A DNA stretch of 39,378 bases, taken from positions 1 to 39,378 of the forward strand of contig JADDPM010000001.1 of NCBI GenBank assembly GCA_016781885.1, in the 5' to 3' direction. The DNA is from Rubrobacter sp. Its GTDB lineage: Bacteria > Actinomycetota > Rubrobacteria > Rubrobacterales > Rubrobacteraceae. Under the pieces are notes generated by a model. That model ran no database searches. It had not been told where the DNA came from and saw only the letters and a program-made list of their open reading frames with translations. A program made the translations under genes and the position numbers. This document shows, piece after piece, positions 35,095 to 39,378 of the stretch; the stretch's first letter is position 1; each line of letters opens with the position of its first letter.

Positions 35095-35880
35095 TTGAAG
35101 AGGGTGGGGATCATCGGGGTAGGCAGGATCGGGGGCTCTCTCGCTGCCCGGCTCGCCGCCTCCGAGGACTTCGAACTCACCGTTAGCGACGCCTACGAAG
35201 AGCAGGCCAGGCGCTTCACGCAAGAGCACCAACGAATCCGGCTAGCGTCCGACAACCTCGAGGTCGCCCGCTTCAGCGACGTCATCGTCGTGGCCGTAAA
35301 GCCCTGGGACGTGGCAACGGTGCTCGAAGGTATCGCGCGAGAGGTAGGGGAGAAGGCGGTCGTGAGCGTGGCCGCCGGGATCCAGATCTCTGCTATCGTC
35401 GATAGGCTGCCTGAAGGGGCGGCGGTACTGCGGGTGATGCCGAACGTGTGTGCGGCCGTGGGGAGGGGGTCGGCGGTAGTGGCGGCAAACGGGGCCGGTG
35501 AAGCGTACCTTCCGAGGGTGATTAAGATGTTCGGCCACGTCGGCGACGTGATGGAGCTACCGGAGCAACTCTTCGACGCGGCGACTGCGCTGCACGGCTC
35601 GGGGCCGGCTTACGTGGCGCTCTTCGCGGATTCCCTCGTTCAGGCGGGCGTCAGGGCGGGCATCCCGCGCGAGACGGCGAGGAGGCTCGTCAACGGGACT
35701 ATAGAGGGTACGGCGGTCTTGCTCAAGGACAAGGCGGCGCACCAGCTCCGGGATGAGGTCATGACGCCCGGCGGCACGACCGCGGCGGCGCTCGTGGCGA
35801 TGGAGAAAGCGGGGTTTGTGGGAGCCGTGCACGACGGCGTGGAGGCTGCAACCGAACAGTCTCGGAGGTTGGCGGGGTGA
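35095..35880 (+). CDS. proC: Pyrroline-5-carboxylate reductase
   Basis: IGVGRIG, AVKP, RVMPN, GSGPAY and TPGGTT motifs. Confidence 0.96.
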   Translation: MKRVGIIGVGRIGGSLAARLAASEDFELTVSDAYEEQARRFTQEHQRIRLASDNLEVARFSDVIVVAVKPWDVATVLEGIAREVGEKAVVSVAAGIQISAIVDRLPEGAAVLRVMPNVCAAVGRGSAVVAANGAGEAYLPRVIKMFGHVGDVMELPEQLFDAATALHGSGPAYVALFADSLVQAGVRAGIPRETARRLVNGTIEGTAVLLKDKAAHQLRDEVMTPGGTTAAALVAMEKAGFVGAVHDGVEAATEQSRRLAG

Positions 35881-36236
35881 CGGCATCGTGGACGGCGCTC
35901 GCGCTGGCGCAGGATTATTTCGGGTTCAGCGTGGCTCAGTTGCTCGCAAACATCGTGAATTATGCGTACTACATACTCTTCGGGTTCATAATTGCGTCCA
36001 TCCTGTTCAGCTTCTTCCCGCGTTACCCCTCGAATCCCTTTATGCAGGCGGTCTACAGCGCGGTGAGAGCCGTCGTGGACCCGATCCTCATGCCGATAAG
36101 GAGTGTGATCCCGAGCCTGAAGCTCGGCGGTTTCGCTCTGGACCTCTCGCCCTTAGTCGCTATCATTGGTTTGTCTATAGGGCGGTCACTGTTGTTGATA
36201 ATAATCGGGAACTTCATAGAACCAGTTACGGGGTGA
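35877..36236 (+). CDS. YggT/YlmG family membrane protein
   Basis: ILFSFFP, DPILMPIR.VIP and DLSP motifs. Confidence 0.92.
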   Translation: MTASWTALALAQDYFGFSVAQLLANIVNYAYYILFGFIIASILFSFFPRYPSNPFMQAVYSAVRAVVDPILMPIRSVIPSLKLGGFALDLSPLVAIIGLSIGRSLLLIIIGNFIEPVTG

Positions 36237-36240
36237 TCCA

Positions 36241-37293
36241 ATGGCGATAAGACCTACTGACATCAGGCGCAAGGAGTTCAAGAGCGGCTTCCGCGGCTAC
36301 GATGCGAACCAGGTGGACGACTTTCTGGACGAGGTCGCGGACGAGTTCGAGCGCACCTTCGCAGAGAACAAGCGCCTTACGGACGAGATGGCGAGCTTGA
36401 AGGACCGCTTGCAGCAGTTCGAGGATCTGGAAGGCGCAATACGGGAGGCTCTCGTGCAGGCCCAGCAGGTCGCGCGGGACCTGCGCCAGAACGCGGGTAA
36501 GGAGGCGGAGCTGATCATACGCGAGGCGAAGGAGCAATCGCACCGCATCCTTGCTGATTCCTCCTCCCGGGTCGAGCGGGTGCAGGAGTCCTACGAGGTC
36601 CTGCGCAAGGCGAAGCAGGACTTCGCCAACGACTTCAGGCACCTCCTCAAGAGCTACATATCAGTGATGGACAACGTTGACGTCACCTCAGCCAAGGAGA
36701 TAGAGGCCTCCTTGCGCGAGCGTCTCGACACGGAGTCCATCGCCGTCGCCCACGAGGCCGCCGAGACCAGAAGGAGGGATCACGACGATGCGACCCGGGA
36801 GTACGGCGGCGCGCAAGACGATGGTCAGAGCATCGAGGAGACCCGGCACGCGGAGACCGGCTCCGCTCAGCAGACCAGCGATACGGGCCAGACCGACTCT
36901 ACGCAGCAGGATGGCGTTATGGAGGAGACGCGGAGCATGGAGGCTGCTGCGACCCCCGCCGTCGGAACGAGCGGGAACGAGCGCGGCCCACAGCCCGAGG
37001 TCGAGGAGCCGGAGGTAGACCCGTCCAGCACCGAGAGCGTCTCCCAGAGCGCTTCCGTACCGGCGACCCCGCCTTCTGAGAAGGCGGATGTCGAGCAGCC
37101 CACAACCCAGAACGTCCCCGCCCCTGCACCCCGGACCTCCGAGGAGGCAAACCGTGAGGACGAGGAGCCCGTACCAGCCGGGCGGGGTGAGGGCCGTGCC
37201 GCCGACGAGTTCTTCGGACGGGGCGCAGGGCGTGACGAAGACGAGGAGCGTAAGATCTTCCGGGCGAGCCGCTTCCTGCGTCGACGTGGCTGA
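36241..37293 (+). CDS. divIVA: DivIVA/Wag31 family protein with a long acidic C-terminal tail
   Basis: P.DI..KEF...FRGY...VDDFLD followed by coiled coils. Confidence 0.95.
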   Translation: MAIRPTDIRRKEFKSGFRGYDANQVDDFLDEVADEFERTFAENKRLTDEMASLKDRLQQFEDLEGAIREALVQAQQVARDLRQNAGKEAELIIREAKEQSHRILADSSSRVERVQESYEVLRKAKQDFANDFRHLLKSYISVMDNVDVTSAKEIEASLRERLDTESIAVAHEAAETRRRDHDDATREYGGAQDDGQSIEETRHAETGSAQQTSDTGQTDSTQQDGVMEETRSMEAAATPAVGTSGNERGPQPEVEEPEVDPSSTESVSQSASVPATPPSEKADVEQPTTQNVPAPAPRTSEEANREDEEPVPAGRGEGRAADEFFGRGAGRDEDEERKIFRASRFLRRRG

Positions 37294-37624
37294 GGGCGGG
37301 GACTTTGTTCGCCCCAAGAAAGCCGGGGTTTACGTAAAACTCCGGGTCTCACCCGGGGCCAGGAGAACCGAAGTCAAAGGTCTCTACGGGGAAGAGGCTC
37401 TCAAAATCTCCATCGCTGCCCCACCCACCGAAGGTAAGGGTAACGCGGAGATCGAACGCTATCTTTCATCCCTCTTTGGGGTGCCCCGATCTGAGATAGC
37501 CGTAGTCAAGGGTGTGTCGAGCCGGGATAAGCTCGTGCGCGGGGCGGAGGCCGGGACTGTCCGGGAAGGGCTGGGTTCCGTAGCCGCCCACGGGGGAACT
37601 TTCGCCGGGGCTCGTTCTTTTTAG
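37286..37624 (+). CDS. DUF167 (YggU) family protein
   Basis: VSPGARR, LKISIAAPP.EGK.N and KG..SRDK motifs; GTG 37286 overlaps the end of divIVA. Confidence 0.9.
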   Translation: MAEGGDFVRPKKAGVYVKLRVSPGARRTEVKGLYGEEALKISIAAPPTEGKGNAEIERYLSSLFGVPRSEIAVVKGVSSRDKLVRGAEAGTVREGLGSVAAHGGTFAGARSF

Positions 37625-37630
37625 AAGAGG

Positions 37631-38536
37631 TTGGTCGAGTTGGACGGTGCCGTAGAGCGGTTCGAGGTTGGGCCGGAGGAGACCGGGGAGCGGTTGGACA
37701 GGCTCCTCGCCCGGCGTCTCGACGTAAGCCGGAGTGCGGCTCGACGCATGATCGAGCACGACCTCGTGCTGGTCGGAGGTGAAGAGGCCACGCCTTCTCA
37801 CAAGGCGCGCGCCGGAGAGCGAGTCGAGGCTCGGATCACGGAACAGAGGCTCGCGGCCGAGGAGATACGCGTACCGGTGATCTTCGAGGACGAGCATCTC
37901 CTGGTGGTGGACAAGCCCGCCGGGCTTGTGGTACATCCAGGCGCGGGGAACCGCTCGGGAACGCTGGTCAACGCGCTCCTTCATAAAGGCATCTCGGGAG
38001 GAGAGGACCCGGAGCGTCCAGGGATCGTTCACCGGTTGGACCGGGATACCTCTGGGCTCATGGTTGCGGCGAAGGACGAGGAGTCCTACTCCGGGCTCGT
38101 TGCGGCGCTCTCCGCGCGGCGGGTGGGGCGCATCTACCGAGCGCTGGTCGTCGGAACGGAGTTGCCGGCGACGGGGACGGTCGATTCGCCGGTGGGAAGA
38201 GACCCCGAGAACCCCACTCTCATGGCGGCGGGTGTCGGGAGGCCGGCGGTGACGCACTTCGAGGTCGTCCACGAGGCGGCGGGGTATTCGATGCTAACCG
38301 TGCGCCTGGAGACGGGGAGGACGCACCAGATCCGGGTGCATCTGTCGGCTATCGGGTACCCCATCTACGCCGACCCGCTCTACGGCGAGCCCGTTCCGGG
38401 CCGCCGCCTCTGGCTCCACGCCGAGCGCCTGAGCTTCATGCATCCGGCCACCGGGGAGACGATGGAGTTCGAGGCCCCGATCCCCGAGGACCTGTGTGAG
38501 GCGGCCCGGATGTTGGACCCGGGCTTCGCTGCTTGA
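37631..38536 (+). CDS. rluD: RluA-family (RluD-like) pseudouridine synthase
   Basis: S4 domain RLD, VDKPAGLVVHP, HRLDRDTSG and TGRTHQIRVH motifs. Confidence 0.94.
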   Translation: MVELDGAVERFEVGPEETGERLDRLLARRLDVSRSAARRMIEHDLVLVGGEEATPSHKARAGERVEARITEQRLAAEEIRVPVIFEDEHLLVVDKPAGLVVHPGAGNRSGTLVNALLHKGISGGEDPERPGIVHRLDRDTSGLMVAAKDEESYSGLVAALSARRVGRIYRALVVGTELPATGTVDSPVGRDPENPTLMAAGVGRPAVTHFEVVHEAAGYSMLTVRLETGRTHQIRVHLSAIGYPIYADPLYGEPVPGRRLWLHAERLSFMHPATGETMEFEAPIPEDLCEAARMLDPGFAA

Positions 38537-38561
38537 CGGCGCCTTACCCCTCTGGTAGCTT
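38533..38561 (+). promoter_or_regulatory. Sigma-A-type promoter of the pyr operon
   Basis: TTGACG-17 nt-TAGCTT with an extended TG. Confidence 0.7.
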
Positions 38562-38576
38562 CTCAAGGACTACCGA

Positions 38577-39378
<802 letters not shown>

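Overview
High-GC, gene-dense core chromosomal region. The gene content and order suggest a deep-branching actinobacterium, probably Rubrobacter-like (inference, not verified). It contains holA, rpsT/lepA, hrcA-dnaJ-rsmE-HIT-yqeY-phoH-(7TM-HD)-ybeY-dgkA-cdd-era-deoC-recO-dgt-LOG, dnaG, tRNA-Asn and tRNA-Ile2, a dcw cell-division cluster (mraZ to divIVA, with ftsA and sepF but no murE, murB or ddl), rluD, and the start of a pyr operon (pyrR, pyrB). The main finding is a gene between holA and rpsT that the ORF track splits in two. It is one AhpD/CMD-fold (YnjA-like) reading frame with an in-frame TGA at the second position of the redox motif (C-V-F-U), followed by a SECIS-like stem-loop, so it is a probable unannotated selenoprotein. 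Other signals: a ~150-nt multi-stem structured element upstream of mraZ; probable non-canonical starts (ATT for phoH, CTG for mraZ); a 98-bp insert flanked by 10-bp direct repeats; an 18-codon ORF bridging recO and dgt; a PyrR loop that covers the pyrR ribosome-binding site; and a DivIVA tail ending in an FtsZ-like FLRRR. All calls are by eye, with no database searches.
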